A DNA stretch of 64,000 bases from Paramecium tetraurelia. Its lineage: Eukaryota. Shown in pieces: positions 40,675 to 57,063 of this stretch. The stretch covers positions 310,001-374,000 of the forward strand of contig CT868363.1 in assembly GCA_000165425.1 (NCBI GenBank), read 5' to 3'. Below the pieces are notes generated by a model. The model did no database searches, had not been told where the DNA came from, and worked only from the letters and a program-made list of their open reading frames with translations. Position 1 is the first letter of the stretch. Each line of letters starts with the position of its first letter. The position numbers and the translations under genes are program-made.

Positions 40675-43069
40675 TAATTAAGCGCTTATGCCTTGTAATT
40701 CAATTGAATCTATATATCAGACTATAAGAGTTTGAGAAGCAAAGGGACCTAGAAATAATATCGATGAGGAATGAATTCTAAAAAGATACTACTTATGTGT
40801 ATGAGGTGTGTGCAGATAAATCCAAATTTAGGGATGATGCATTACTTAAAAATCCATTTTTTCAAGAGAATTTATTGACGGAGAACTCGTATCTACAAAT
40901 AATCAAAAAGGGAGAAGTAGACACTCAAATAGGTAATATTTTATATTTTAAATTATAGCCACAATGGGAACTCCTTACGCATTGACTTTAAATGAAGAGA
41001 ATTTTAAAACCCAGGACGACCTTTATAAATTTATAGTAAGAAATATAGATAGCACCTTCACTCTCTAGGAGATCAGACACAATTCTTATACAATTAGTGT
41101 CAGTTTTTGTGAACTTTTGAAATCATTTATAATTTCATCAAGCGGATAAACAATAGTTTGTTAAGATAGGAATGATATCCAAAAATATCTAAAACCACAT
41201 GCATGTGAGAGGGTTTGCAAAGTTAGTTAGCAATTCTTTGATGCTTATTAGAATATGAATTATAATCTCTAAATGAGTTTATAAAAGGATCTTATACATA
41301 GAAGTTTAGTTGGATGCAGAAATTCATCCAATTATATTGAGTGGTATTCAATAATGGAACATTATCAATCATAAAGAATACTACCACCTGAAATTGTGAA
41401 AAGATTTCTTAATCACTACAATTTAGAACCTGCTAAATCTATTTAATAATAAACAAATCTGTCAAAGTTTCCGTCACTCTGCGATTCAATTTATAATTAA
41501 TTGATAGATCAATATCACGATTACTTTAAAGGTAAAACTCTTTATTTTTGGAAAAATGATAAATATTTAGGGAATTGTTATATTCCTTCGAAACATTTTG
41601 AAATATTAAGAGAAATAAAAACTTTAGTATTTGGTCCCCAAAATGCTTCTCCTTAAAGAAGACCTGGAAAGTTATTTTCTTAATTTACTTTAAATCAATT
41701 GGAATATGAGTTTTATGAGAAGTGCTTAAACTTTATGCTAGGCATACCATATAATAAAAGATCAAATTTTAGTTTTATGCAATTATCAAATATTACTTTT
41801 AATTGTGTGCATAAGAATTTGGACTACATCCCTTAAAGATGTGATTAATAAATCACTCTAGCTCAGTGTTTGTCAGTTAAACCAATTATAGTAGTCTTGA
41901 TTCCAGTTGGTATCAATGGAATGGGCTATGAGGATATCTGTTAAATCATATATCAAATTTGTGAAGGAGTTAAAATAGTAAGTAAGACTTATTAGGTCAA
42001 TGATAATAGTATGCTGTATTTATTCGATTAAATTTGTTCGCTTAAAAGGTTGCAATCAATAAATGACGAATTAAAATAGCTACCCTATGATGTTAGAACT
42101 GTTGCACTCTATCCAGAATGCTCACATTATTATTTATCTAAAAAGATAGCGAGATTTCCATTCTCGTTCAAATTCATTATGTTCTGTTTACTATAGGTGT
42201 TGGATCACAGAGAGTAAGTTAATCAGATAATTAACTAATTGAAAGAATTTGAAAATCAGAATTTGAATCATCTTCCATGCGATTATCAGATAAGTTGTCA
42301 CTATATGCCTCAGATCAAAGAGACTGATGATCTTTACAGTGAAATAGTGGAGTCTGATTTCAAAGCAGCCTTTTCCCATACAAATGATTATTTAATTGAG
42401 AGTTTATCCTAATATAGGGATACAATGGGATAGATTCCTGAAAATCATTTGTGGGATTAAGCGAGGAGGATAATTAATGAGATAGAGGAGAAAGTGAAAG
42501 TAAACATAGCAAAAAAGAAATAGAAATATATTCGAAACTAAACTAATAAGATGCAATATGGTTTATACATAAATAATCCGAATTGGGAGGAGATAGACAA
42601 TTTCATTTTTGATTGTCTTGAGATTATTTTGCAGAATTATCCAAGAGATGTCAAAATCAATATCATGTATCAATAGTTGTAATAACAATTATTCTAAGGA
42701 AGAAACTCGCAATTTTATTAAAAGTAAAAGCAACCATACATGTTATCCAAAAAGTAAGATAAAAAGTAATGGTCCATTTAGGTTTAGGTGGTTGTGATTG
42801 CAGTTGATGGGATCATTATATTGCAACCCTAGGATTTAGGGTTGAATCTTTTATAAGATATTCCAATTTACTCTAATAACATCGAAGTGATAAAATCGGA
42901 AAAGATTGCAAAGTTGGTGAGAAGAGATGTGGAGAAACTATAAGATAAGAATACAAAGGAAGGGACCTTGGTTAAGTAGGAATTAGAATTGAAACATCAA
43001 TCTTGGAGTGTATTTATAGTGAAATGGAAACCAATAAATATTGAATTAGTTGAGAATTTAGTGGTTTGA
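40669..43069 (+). CDS. Trl1-type tRNA/RNA ligase homolog (ligase-kinase-CPD order) with degenerate catalytic motifs
   Basis: About 780 aa with two 5' introns. Motifs occur in Trl1 order: TLQEIRHNSYTISVSF...FIISS, IVVLIPVGINGMGYE (P-loop-like), VALYPE...FPFSFKFIMFCLLQVLDHR, then YGLYI... Family call is from motif pattern only. Confidence 0.6.
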
Positions 43070-43097
43070 TATTTTTATTATTTAATTTTATATTAAA

Positions 43098-44562
43098 ATG
43101 GGTTCTGAAAAGTAAATTATAGTTCTCATATAAGACACAAGAAAGAAAAGAAAGAGAAAAAAGAGAAGAAAGAAAAGAAGGAGAAGAAGGAGAAAAAAGA
43201 AAAGAAGGAAAAAAAGGAGAAGAAAGTAATTGCATCTCTAATAATATAGGAATCAGATGCAGGCAAAAAGAGATCTAGAAATGTTAGCAAGGAGAAAGAG
43301 AAAAAGAGGGATGAATTTTAAAAACCAAAGGCACCAACTAAATAAAATGCAGAATAATCAAGGGGGTAAAATTTCTATTCAATAAATTCCAAGATTTCGT
43401 TTCGATTCTCCGCCAAAGGATCCTTTACAAAATACTCCCTTCTCAAACTTTAAGAGTAAATTAATTGACTAAGTATCTTTGGGAGAATTCGAAAGTATTA
43501 AAAAGAAATGAACATTAGCCATACTACCTGCCAATCCTCTTTAGAATCCCTTGGCCTCTTTGGAAGCACTCTAAGCAATGACCCCATTAATTTAAATGCA
43601 AAGATTACAGTAATTAAGAGCCTAAGCAGATGTAAAAGCTGATAGAAAACTTTATGTTGGAAATTTACCACCGAATAGTCAACCAAAAGAAGTATAAATT
43701 TATATAGATGTATCCAACATAGCTCTAAGATTTCTTGAATTAAACTTTATTAAAAATGGGTGTTAGTTCAGAACATGCTGGTTCTATCTGCAACTGCTGG
43801 ATTGATTCAAATGGTTTTATTTTAAGGTTATTTGTGTAGGCCATTTTGGTTTCATTGAATTTAGATCTCCTGAAGAAGCGACGTAGGGTTTCATTTTGAA
43901 GGATGTGATCTTTAAAGGACATCAACTGAAAATTGGTAGACCAAAGTCATTTTTGACTTCCTTAGCTGCTGTAAACCAATAGATGATGAGTGAACAAGCA
44001 TGTAATTATGCATTGTGAAATTAAGTCAATCCTTTGAGTAGCATGAAAGGGAATGATAAAGACTCGTCATCTCTTATTAGCTTTAGACCACTTAAGTTGA
44101 TGGCCAGATATGTGTAAATACCTACTAATATTTTAGTTATTAAAAATGTCCTGACTCTTGAAGATGTTTAATATTTATACAAATATATAGGTTACGATAG
44201 ATGAAGAATTCAATGACATTATGGATGATATTAAAGAAGAATGCTCTAAATTCGGAACTGTGAAAAATATTATTATTCCAAGACCTGAATTTGGTAAAAT
44301 TATTATTGGAGTTGGAAAAATCTTTGTGGAATATGAAAAGACCTAAGAAGCTAGAACTGCCAGAAGATATCTAGCTGGTAGAATGTATGGCGATAAGACA
44401 GTTGAATGTGAATATCTATCCAGGGAAAAATGGGCTAAAAGATAATTCACAGATCTCAATGAGGATATTTTAAGAGATAGAGAAGAACAATAAAGGATGG
44501 ATCAACTGGAATAAGAAAGAATAAAAAAGTAAATGTAAGAGGAATTGTCTCAAAGAAATTGA
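43098..44562 (+). CDS. U2AF2: U2AF large subunit (U2AF65)-like splicing factor with RRM1 and UHM only
   Basis: FRFDSPP; ADRKLYVGNLP...FGFIEFRSPEEA...LKIGRPK (RRM1); PTNILVIKNV...DIKEECSKFGTVKNIIIPRP...GVGKIFVEY...LAGRMY (UHM); about eight tiny introns. Confidence 0.88.
43139..43225 (+). repeat. All-purine 9-nt periodic repeat encoding (KKE)n
   Basis: aagaaagaaaagaaagagaaaaaagagaagaaagaa... translates as KKEKKEKKEKK. Confidence 0.85.
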
Positions 44563-44708
44563 TTTAAATACACATACAATAATGTTAATATTAAGTTTCA
44601 TATCAATAACTATTCCTCCTTTTCATTCTAAGTGGTAATATATAATTATTATGAATTAAATAAGATATGTATTATATATCTAAGAAATTCAAGTATCTAT
44701 GTTTTATT

Positions 44709-46474
44709 TCAACCTACTTTAGAGTAAATAAAATCAACATAGGCCTTAAATTGATTTTTAAGAGTTGCAAATCCAGGATGTTCAATTACAGGTTTCAACA
44801 CTGTCTCATCATATAATCCAAGTATAGGCATTTTGTCAGTAACCTAATATCTAGGATCCTTATTGGTGATGATACACTTGAAATCCTCTACCTTAGTTTT
44901 GGTGAAATCCAAGATTGGAATTTTATCAGTCTGATTTTATTAATAAGAAATTATTTACATTAAATTTCGTATCTTTTGAAATGATCTACAAATTTTTGAA
45001 TTTTTCTATGAATAGATATTGTAGAAGGGAAACTAAAATTTTCAATGGTTCTGCAAATGGCTTAAGTAATTCTTGCCAACCTTTCATAGTAAACATTTAT
45101 TAGTGTAATAGTAAGTAGATATAAGCATATTCTAGAAAAGCCATTTTTTATTGATCAGGAGAAGTGAATCTAAATTAATTAAGTTCTATAATTACTTTAA
45201 ATTTCTTTTGTAATTTAATTTTAATCTTTGTGCCACAAAAGCTGAATGATCTGAAAACAAATAGCCTTCATTCGTAGTGAAAGCTCGAATGAATGACAAG
45301 TGTTATTGGTCAAATTTGGTAGTCTACGTTCCAATAAGTAATTGCTTAATAAAAGTATCCGCAGCTTAAATTAAGTTGGCTATTCGATTTGGAACATCTT
45401 TATTTTCAGTGAAAACCCAGGACTTTTTGAATAAGGAAATCTTTTGACTTTCTCTAACAAATGATAATATAGTGTTGCTATATAACTACTATAATAAAAG
45501 CTATTTACAAACTAATCTGCGTATTTGCTAATCTCATCATTAAATCTTTTGATTGCCTTTTTCTCCAATATTTGATAATATTTATTTTTATAAAATATAA
45601 CCATCCAAGCACAATATTTAAGCTTTTTCCTTAATTTTTTTAACCTTTCTTGAGTTGATTTAACTTTTAAGGGTTCTAGTTTAATTTTTTAATTTTAATT
45701 TTATGATGGCGAATATTAATCTTAAAGTTTGATGACTTGCTTTTTATTTGACTTGTTTTTTACTGGCTCAGGCGATTCCTAATCAAATCTGGAAATTTTG
45801 CTAAAATCTAACTCAGAAATTTCTTTTTTCTATTTGTGCTTGACCTTTAAATACCTTCTGGATGTGCTATTTTATTTGTGTTCAACAGTTGGATCAATCT
45901 TTTAGTTTTTTAGCAATTGCGACAATAACTAATTTAATTTTTCTACTTCCTATTTTTTTTGAGCGTAAGCTTTCAATAATTTACTAAAGCTTTTCTCTTC
46001 CTTTTGTGGTTGGTGGAAGGGTGTATTCTGGAAAGGGTAATACTGATAATAAGGATTTTGATTGCGTATTGGTGAAGCCACTGGTATTGAATTATATGGT
46101 TGATGATAACCTAAGGGGTTTTATTATTGAGGGAAGAATGGAGGAAGGAAAGGAGGTTAAGGAAGCTTTGGGCCACTTTCAATTTATTTAAGTTGTTTCT
46201 TGAGATGCTTTATTTCATCAAGCAATTAACTATTAAGTCTTTCACTTTCGATGGGGTATTTGTATATATCCTCTTGTGATAGGTAATATTTTTAGTGTGA
46301 GTTTGAAACGACTTTCATCAATGCATCCACCTATTATTACTGTTCATTTAGTTTTTTTTACAACTTATAAATTGAACTCGTGTTCTACTCAGTTTCTTTT
46401 GAGAATTCTTCGAGAGGATTTGAAGTCTTCATATTTACATAACTTCCTTTGAATTAAGGGATGTTTGGATTCAT
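44709..46474 (-). CDS. Hypothetical protein (coiled-coil, Pro-rich segment, helical C-terminal domain)
   Basis: Long open code-6 frame MNPNIPQFKGSYV...PKLPQPPFLPPFFP...DFIYSKVG*. Confidence 0.78.
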
Positions 46475-46590
46475 TAAAATAAAATTTGTAATTACAATTC
46501 ATTTTTAAATCTAAATGCGATCAAAAAATTTGGATTATGTCAAATGTTTTTATATCAATTTAAATGGACAAAATTTTAATCTAATACGTA

Positions 46591-47576
46591 TCAACATTAT
46601 TGAGACACTTCCTCTAGAACTTGTTTTGCTGGACATGGCTATCTGTATTTAGGATCAAATTCTTTAAAATATTCAGAATTGTATTATCCCTGGTAGGAAG
46701 GATTCAATTAAAATTAAGGCTACTCTTTGGAATTGGCAAACTTATCCGTTCGATAGGGCTGATAGGAAGATTTAGTAACTGAAATTCCATTAAATTTCAT
46801 ATTCGGGGGAGATAGAGGTGACCTTACGCTAATTCAATAATCTACTTATTGCAATGAAAACCCTTCGTACTCTAAGCAGGTTGGACTTATGTTCCTTAGA
46901 AACACTCTCTGTAATTGGTTCTTCCGAAAAATGGAAGATCTCTAATTACTGTCGGATTCTTTTATGACAATAATGGAACAGTATCTCCACCACCCCAATT
47001 CAAAAACACGTTGTTGTAAGTTGAAAGACCACAAAAAGGGCCACTGCGCAGAGTAGATTAAGGAGAGGTACTCTTAAATCTAAAGTTGGATTGGCTGCCC
47101 AAGAAGTCATGCTAAAATTATCTACAATACTTCAATACCTTATATGTTGAAACATTTCCTATGTCACCTTCTTATTTGGGACTTTCAAAAAGGTTTTAAT
47201 TATAATGTGCATTCTGATCTGGCGATTTATGAACGTATTCCCTCTAATATATACTTTTATTCCCATGCATAGATGGTCTATTTCGACACTGTTTCCCTTC
47301 ACATTTATGTCTGCCGCAATTGCAAAGAGAACATAAACATTATCCTATCACTCCTTAATATCTATACCTCCCAAATGCTCGAAATATGATTAAAATTGTT
47401 GTTCTTCCTTATTTACTCCATTCTTTTATCGACTCATTAGTCTCTCAATCAACTAAGTTATTTTAGATTAAAGTTGATACTTTGGTTTAAGTGTCAGTTA
47501 GATCACCTCTAGGAGATGACAATTTCGACCCTTACTTATTACTTCGAGATCTAATAATTATTTTTTATTGGGGCAT
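46591..47576 (-). CDS. SAXO/STOP-like microtubule-stabilising protein
   Basis: CLCSLCNCGRHKC N-terminal motif; repeated S/T-x-Y-x-x-D/E-F/Y units (SIYQREY, STYKHDF, STYNNVF, TNYRECF). Confidence 0.8.
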
Positions 47577-48387
47577 TTATAACTATGATATTATAATTAT
47601 CACTTACGTATATTGAGAATTGGGCACAAGTAAATTAAAAGATTATACTTAACGAGTGGAGTTGAAGAGAAAACTGAAATTTCCAACTTCACAAATATTC
47701 ATGAAATATTACAGGTCAATATTAATCAACGCATATTCAAGATAAATTTTGGAGAGCTCAAATTAAGTCAGATATATGTTATTATTTAGACTAAAGAGAA
47801 ATTAAGATTAAGGATTTATAAATATATATATATTAGTGAAGATCTATCATTACAGCTATCCCAAAGATATGGAAGTATTTAATTTAATTAATACTACCTA
47901 TTATTAAGGATTGGCACTGAATTTGTCAAATTTACTTAAATTAAAGCATATGTTCTCAAACTCTTCAGATGAAGTAATTAGATATAAACAATAAAATAAA
48001 AAACATTCATTAATGCTATCTAGAGGATATAGACACAATCTTTATTATTTAATACGCTTTTAAATATGTATAAAATTAATAGTAAAGATTTCCAGTAAAT
48101 AACTATACACAGAAAAAGTTAGATAGGAATCAAACATTTGTAACAAATTCTCTTGAGTTTCTTCTGAATTTCTATTTCTCATTGATATTTTAATATAAAT
48201 TGAATATTCCTACTTTCTCATCGATATGTTAATTATAATTACTATATTTTTGAATCTCGTATAATCAGACTTATTAATACACTCTATTGTTTATAATTTT
48301 ATAATTAATAATATATTATAATGATAACATCGTATATAATTCGATTGAAATGACTATTAATTATTAATAATTGATATAACATTAAGA

Positions 48388-49183
48388 ATGGAACCGTTTG
48401 CAATTCTAACAAATATTATTAAACCTGAATACTTAAACTACTATAAAGATTGGATCTACATAGCAAGTGAAAAGGAAGCCAGAGGACTTTAATTGATTGG
48501 TGCGATTTATAAGCATAAAGGAAGAAAACTATTTAGGTTATATCTAGGTTGATATAATAGAGCTAAGCCTCCCACTGTCCAATTGCAAGAATTAACTGAC
48601 CAATAGGAGTTGGAGTAATGATTCTGTTTGATTTTATATAGCTTCAAGAAGGCCGAAGAAATGCATAGAAAAAATTAAACTTCAACAACTTATGGCACAG
48701 AATTCGGATATCTACAAAAATTACTTAAGCCTCAAAATAATGTTTTCAAATTCAAGAAATGCTCTGAACTGGAATTTGCATAGCCTCTTAATGATTTGGC
48801 AAAATTATTTTTGGATAATTGGATTGAGATGAATGATGAATTAGAATTTTAAGAGTTAGTATTGAATTGTCTAAGAGCTCTGTTTAGCAGATTTAAGGCA
48901 TAATTAGTGCCAAAAACTGAAATGAAGTTATTTTATTATTTTAATATAGAGTAAAGTATGAATACAAGCCAGATTGGAAACTATCGAATCCCATAAGAGT
49001 GGATAAGGCAGGAACAGACATCAAGTAATTCAATTTTTAATAGATAGTGCTTACAAAACGAATTATAATGCAATTTTTAAATAGAGACTTAAGTAAGAGT
49101 AGATCAAATAGAAAATTGCAGAACTGGATGGAACCGATTTTGCTAAGGCTCTAACAATACACAAATCATTCAAAATAAATTGA
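48388..49183 (+). CDS. Hypothetical protein with four introns
   Basis: MEPFAILTNIIKPEYLNYYKDWIY...; the frame is restored by four canonical tiny introns. Confidence 0.78.
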
Positions 49184-49255
49184 TTTAAAATATTAATAAA
49201 GATATGAGAGAGAATTTAATTTATAATATCTAGTTTTATGTGTATCTGTGATGAA

Positions 49256-50900
49256 TCATATTTGAATATTGATTTTCTTTTTTGCTAATTCGGCCTTATA
49301 TTTATCAGGTATTGTATTATCATTGAGTCCTTTCAATTTCTAATCCTTAATATTTTCTAATAACTTCTTTTCATTGACCATTTTATCTCTAATCTTTTTG
49401 CCCTCTTCAAGCCTTTCAAATTAAATCAATTCAATACTTATCTCGTTCTTCTTACTTTCTTTTTTCCTCATTCGTAGAGATCTATTTTCTCAATTCTTCT
49501 GCATGTTTTTTAACCAAATATTCTTTTTCCTACTGTAATCTTAGTTCATTTTCACGTTCTTGCTTTTACTTTTAAATAACCCTTTGGAATTCATCCCTTT
49601 CAAGTCTAGCCTTGATTCAATATTATGGTAAAGTACTTATTCTTCTAATTTTTCCTATTTCTCATTCTACTGAACTTTTCTAGCTTAATACAATTCTGAA
49701 TTTAACTTTTATCTGAGTTCTGCTTCCCTTCTTTCCTTTTCTCTAGCAGCTCTCTCGTTTTATTCCATAGCTCGTTTAGCTCTTAATAAATCTAATTCAG
49801 CCTATCTATCCTAAGCCTTCTCTTGCATTTCTCTTAATCTTTACACATCCCTCTCCTTTTCCTCTTTGATTCTTCTCTGTTCCTCAACTATTTCAGCATC
49901 CTTCTGTGCCTTTTCTAAGTTATATTTTGTAATCTTCTCTTCTTCTTCTTTTTCTTCCAATCTTCTCTTTTCTTTAACGACAATAGCCTTTGAGTTAGCT
50001 TCTAGAATTTCATCTTGTAACTTTTTCTACATATGTTTCCTCTATAGATTTTTTTGTTGATCCTCAACTTGAACTTATTTGATTTGTTTAATCATAACTT
50101 GACCTTCTCTCTCCTATTCCTCTTTCTCTTTAAGTCTAATCAATTCTCTCTCTTTAATTTATTCTACAATAATGCCATGACCTTGTTTCAACTCATGTTT
50201 ATGTTAGATATCCTTTTCTTCATAATACTTAACTGATTTGAGTCTTTCGATTTCCATCATGAGATCTTTTCTTTTCTCTTAATTTTTGAATTATTCTTTC
50301 AATTACTATTTCTCTTATAATTATTTGTCTCTGATTGTAACACATTTGGCATACATAACCATCTTATTCATCTCTTTAACATCATCCAATTGTTCATTCA
50401 AAATCTCAGCAGCCTAGATTCGAAGATGTTTTTGATTACCCTTGCATTGAGACTGTCCTTAACCACTTTATCTTCCTATTGTTGCGCTGTCAAAGGGATT
50501 TGTTTCTTCTTTTCTTCTTCCAGTGATATCATCCTCTGTTTCTTGGCCTTAGCAGCTGTCATCTACTTTTCCTTCTGTTCCTCTAAGAGTTTCTTCTAGT
50601 ATAGTTGTTCCTCCTTTGTGGTCACAATGGCATTATTCTAAGGTTTATGATGAAACAAACTTTCATTCTTTATAATTCCGCTTCTCCTATTAATACAACA
50701 TCTGGATTTGAATTGTCTCCTTTTCTTACACTCTGAATTACTTTAGCAGTTTTAGCATCATTTTTTTTATTGCTTCCTAGAAAGTAATTTGTGCTAATTT
50801 GATACCAAAAAGGGACTCATCAACTTCGCTCTTTCGACTTTTGCAAGATGCTGGCCTACTAATTTTACTCTTGGTTATTATAAATATAGAGACATACCAT
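49256..50900 (-). CDS. CFAP45: Cilia- and flagella-associated protein 45 (CCDC19)
   Basis: EQLDDVKEMNKMVMYAKCVTIRDKQ...DLMMEIERL, QEKAQDRQAELDLLRAKRA, IPDKYKAEL; an intron lies directly after the ATG. Confidence 0.92.
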
Positions 50901-50928
50901 AGATTTAAAATTTCTTATAAAATAATTA

Positions 50929-51459
50929 TCAAATAAGTTGACAGGAACCACAACAATTTTAGGACTATTTCAATGAAAAATTATGACGCAATAAATCCAC
51001 TATATTTATTAATGATTTGTCTACCTCTCTCCTCAAACTTCTCAATCTCTAATTGCTAATGTTGGAATTTGTACCAATCCCTCATAGTCCCTTGAGCCGT
51101 TTCTATCATTTGCAACAAAAGCTATGCCGATTTTTACTTCTCCCCTTATTGGAATTGCCCATTGAGTCTCAGTGTATTTCCATCAACTTCCATGTATTGA
51201 GAAATGTAATCTTGCAGTTCATCAGAACTCTGAGCCAACTTCTTGGCATTAAAGTGTCTAAATAATAAGTTATAGATTACAAGCTTTATACTTTTATTTC
51301 AGAAAGAATAGTAAGTGTATTTATAAACTTTTATTGATTAAAATGGTCTAAAATATGGGTAATATTTGTAATAATTTGTTAAATAAACTGATTCCCTTAT
51401 TAATCAAAGTTATTTGGATGTCTATTCTAAAGGTCCTAGCCATTCCAATATTCATACAT
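50929..51459 (-). CDS. HPt-like protein lacking the phospho-His, with C-terminal CaaX (CQLI)
   Basis: Introns at 51258-51280 and 51000-51024. LSEIKVQSLHFNAKKLAQSSDELQ aligns to the HPt pattern AHxLKGSxxxIGAxxLxxxCxxLE. Ends NCCGSCQLI*. Confidence 0.65.
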
Positions 51460-51587
51460 TTAAATATATTAATTTTTATTTTCGAATGTTTATCAGATCT
51501 CATCATCATATGTTGTTATACTCATAATCATGTTGTTATAAATGAAAAATAAAAACTAAAATCAAACCAAAGAACTCTATCTCAAAA

Positions 51588-52538
51588 TCATTTGGAAGTT
51601 CTCAGTTGATCTAACAGAATTAATTTGTTTTGTGAACTCCGCCAGAGATCTCTTTTCTGCTTTTTGTTGATTCTACTCTGCTTTACTTGCAAACCCCTAT
51701 TGTGCATCGTATTTTAACTATTTTGATTCCGGAGTGATATAATGATTTTGGGGAGTTGTATTCCTAATACATTGAGGACTGACAGAATCTTCACTCTTTC
51801 CTTAATCCCTCAAGATTCTTTTGGATAATTGGGGCTACTATTACATCCTCAATGAGTGATCAGAACGATCCCGTCCTCTTTGGAGTATTTAAAATTGTTT
51901 GAATAATCCAGTGGGAGAACTGGAATCCAACCAATCTAATTGAGAGATCTCCATCACATTAGAATCCTTGCAATTCAACACATTGCTTATGCATAATTCC
52001 TTCTTTTTACCACAATCATTTTTAGGCTTAAGAGACACAATGCAACCTCCCCCTCCTTATTCTGGTTTATTGTTCTCTTTATCCTATTGTGACTTCTTCT
52101 TCTTAGGTTTTGCAATAACAGTACTCTCCTATTGTTATTGAAGAGCATCATATTATTATTCCAAATCGGTGAGTTCATTTTCCTAGACTTGAGCTTATTC
52201 TTAGATCTTAAGTTCTAGCTATTCTAAGTAGTTTTTCAAGTATCTGTTCTCCTTTTCTAGTTAGGATAAAACAGCAGTGTTCCTATTTTTAGATTCTATC
52301 AATTCTTGAGAATATTATTCCAAAGTCTGCTATAATTGTTTATAAACTAAACTCTACAAGTATAGGACTTTAACTTTACATTCTATTTATTAACATCACT
52401 CTGCATTGAATTGTAAGCATTTAGAATTGTCTCATTAAACATTTTGTAAGCATCTTCCCTCTCCTTTAATTCTTATAACTATAACTCTAGCAATTCATTC
52501 TACTATTCAAGTAAAGCCTTTTCAGTCTTCTAATCCAT
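51588..52538 (-). CDS. Coiled-coil / Ser-rich hypothetical protein
   Basis: MDQKTEKALLEQQNELLELQLQELKERE...; one intron; ends LRTSK*. Confidence 0.78.
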
Positions 52539-52968
52539 TATATAATTTAAAATTTAACGACTAATAATTTATTTAATGAATCAATTTTCAATCTTTTTAT
52601 CTCATCCATCTCATAGTGCATAACCCTTCCCTGCTTCGTTTATCAATTCTTTATTTTTCTCCTTACTCTTTGAACAATTCCGTCTCATTAAGTGTGCATT
52701 CTGATTTCCTTTAGAATTGTTGAATTCGTCAATATCTTATTGAGGATCAAAATATCAAACAATTTTAAGGTTTATTTTTAAATGTTATTCTTTATCTGTT
52801 TGCTTTTGGAAGAAATTAAGAACAAGAGAAATTAGTGTTTCAGAATAGGAAACAAGTAGATAAAATAATTTTATTTGTGGAAAATATAAATGAATGAAGT
52901 GCAAAAATTAAATATATTTGTGTACAATATTTAGTTATTTTTGATTGAAATTCAAAGTAATTTAATAA

Positions 52969-54656
<1,688 letters not shown>

Positions 54657-54794
54657 TAACTTTATATTAATATTATTATACTAATTGTTTTGTTCGATTG
54701 CTTATTGCAAATATTTGAGTAGATTTACACAATATAAGACTTAAATAATTAGAGTATATGTGAATTTATCATTTATTTATATATAAATTAATTA

Positions 54795-56005
<1,211 letters not shown>

Positions 56006-57063
56006 AAATAAATATCAGACAAATTAAATCATTTATCTATCCGATTCCCCAAAATCACATTGATTCAAATTTTATACAACTTTATCAATTTATTTAATTC
56101 ATTGAACTCTGTACATCAATCTCTATTCAATTTTATTGATATTCCACAATTATAGAATATCAACTGGTTGAATAATATCATATACATCAAAAAAATAAAC
56201 AGAAAATAGACAATGAATAAGAAATAAATAGAATTTGTTTTGATATCCAATTTTACACCCTCACAATTTTAATATAAATTTAAATGAATAAAATAAAAAT
56301 TAGAAGTGGAATTCAATGATGCAAAGAGTAATTGCTATCTACAATAACATACTCGTATCTTAAGAAGAGAGTTTAACTTGAAGCATCACGTCTTGATGAC
56401 CATAAAATTCATATATCAAAATCTTTATATAGAATAGCCTATAAGATTACAAAAAGGATGTGTAATTGATTAATAAGAAATTGGATAATTATTTTTAAAA
56501 GAACTCGTTCGTATTTTTAATATCTGCAACTCATTTAGAATAGTTAAATTAATTAGTGGTAATTTTGATATTATTCCATTTCTCTATATAACTTAATATT
56601 TATTAATATATCTATTAAATCCAAAATATACATTAAAATTATACTTTACAAATGAATGTTTGTGTATACTAGTTCAGCCAATTGTTCAAGATTTTACCAT
56701 GAATTTTAGAATAGATTCATCTAATTCCCTAAAATTCAATACTGGATGTGAATAAAAAGTAATCCATCTATTGAGTGTTTGCTAGTACTAATGAAGGATT
56801 CAATATTTTAGGTAATGCTTCTTACATACTTAATTGAAAATTTATTATAAATATACATTTTAGATTGTCACAATTTTAAGAGTATAATTTATATATTATT
56901 ATTTTATTTATTTCATATTTTGTGGAATCAAATTGATTAAATGCATTTTTACTTATTCATTTTATTGTAGTTCTCCATATAATTTATATTATTATGTCAA
57001 TTAATGCAAAGTGATATGAATTTGCCTTGACCATTTTATAAATTAATTTATTAATTATAAAAT

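Noticed and set aside
48388..49183. Possible ciliary microtubule inner protein next to CFAP45 and the SAXO-like gene
   Set aside because: Only a weak TTYGTEF-type motif and gene neighbourhood support it, which is not enough to assign a family.
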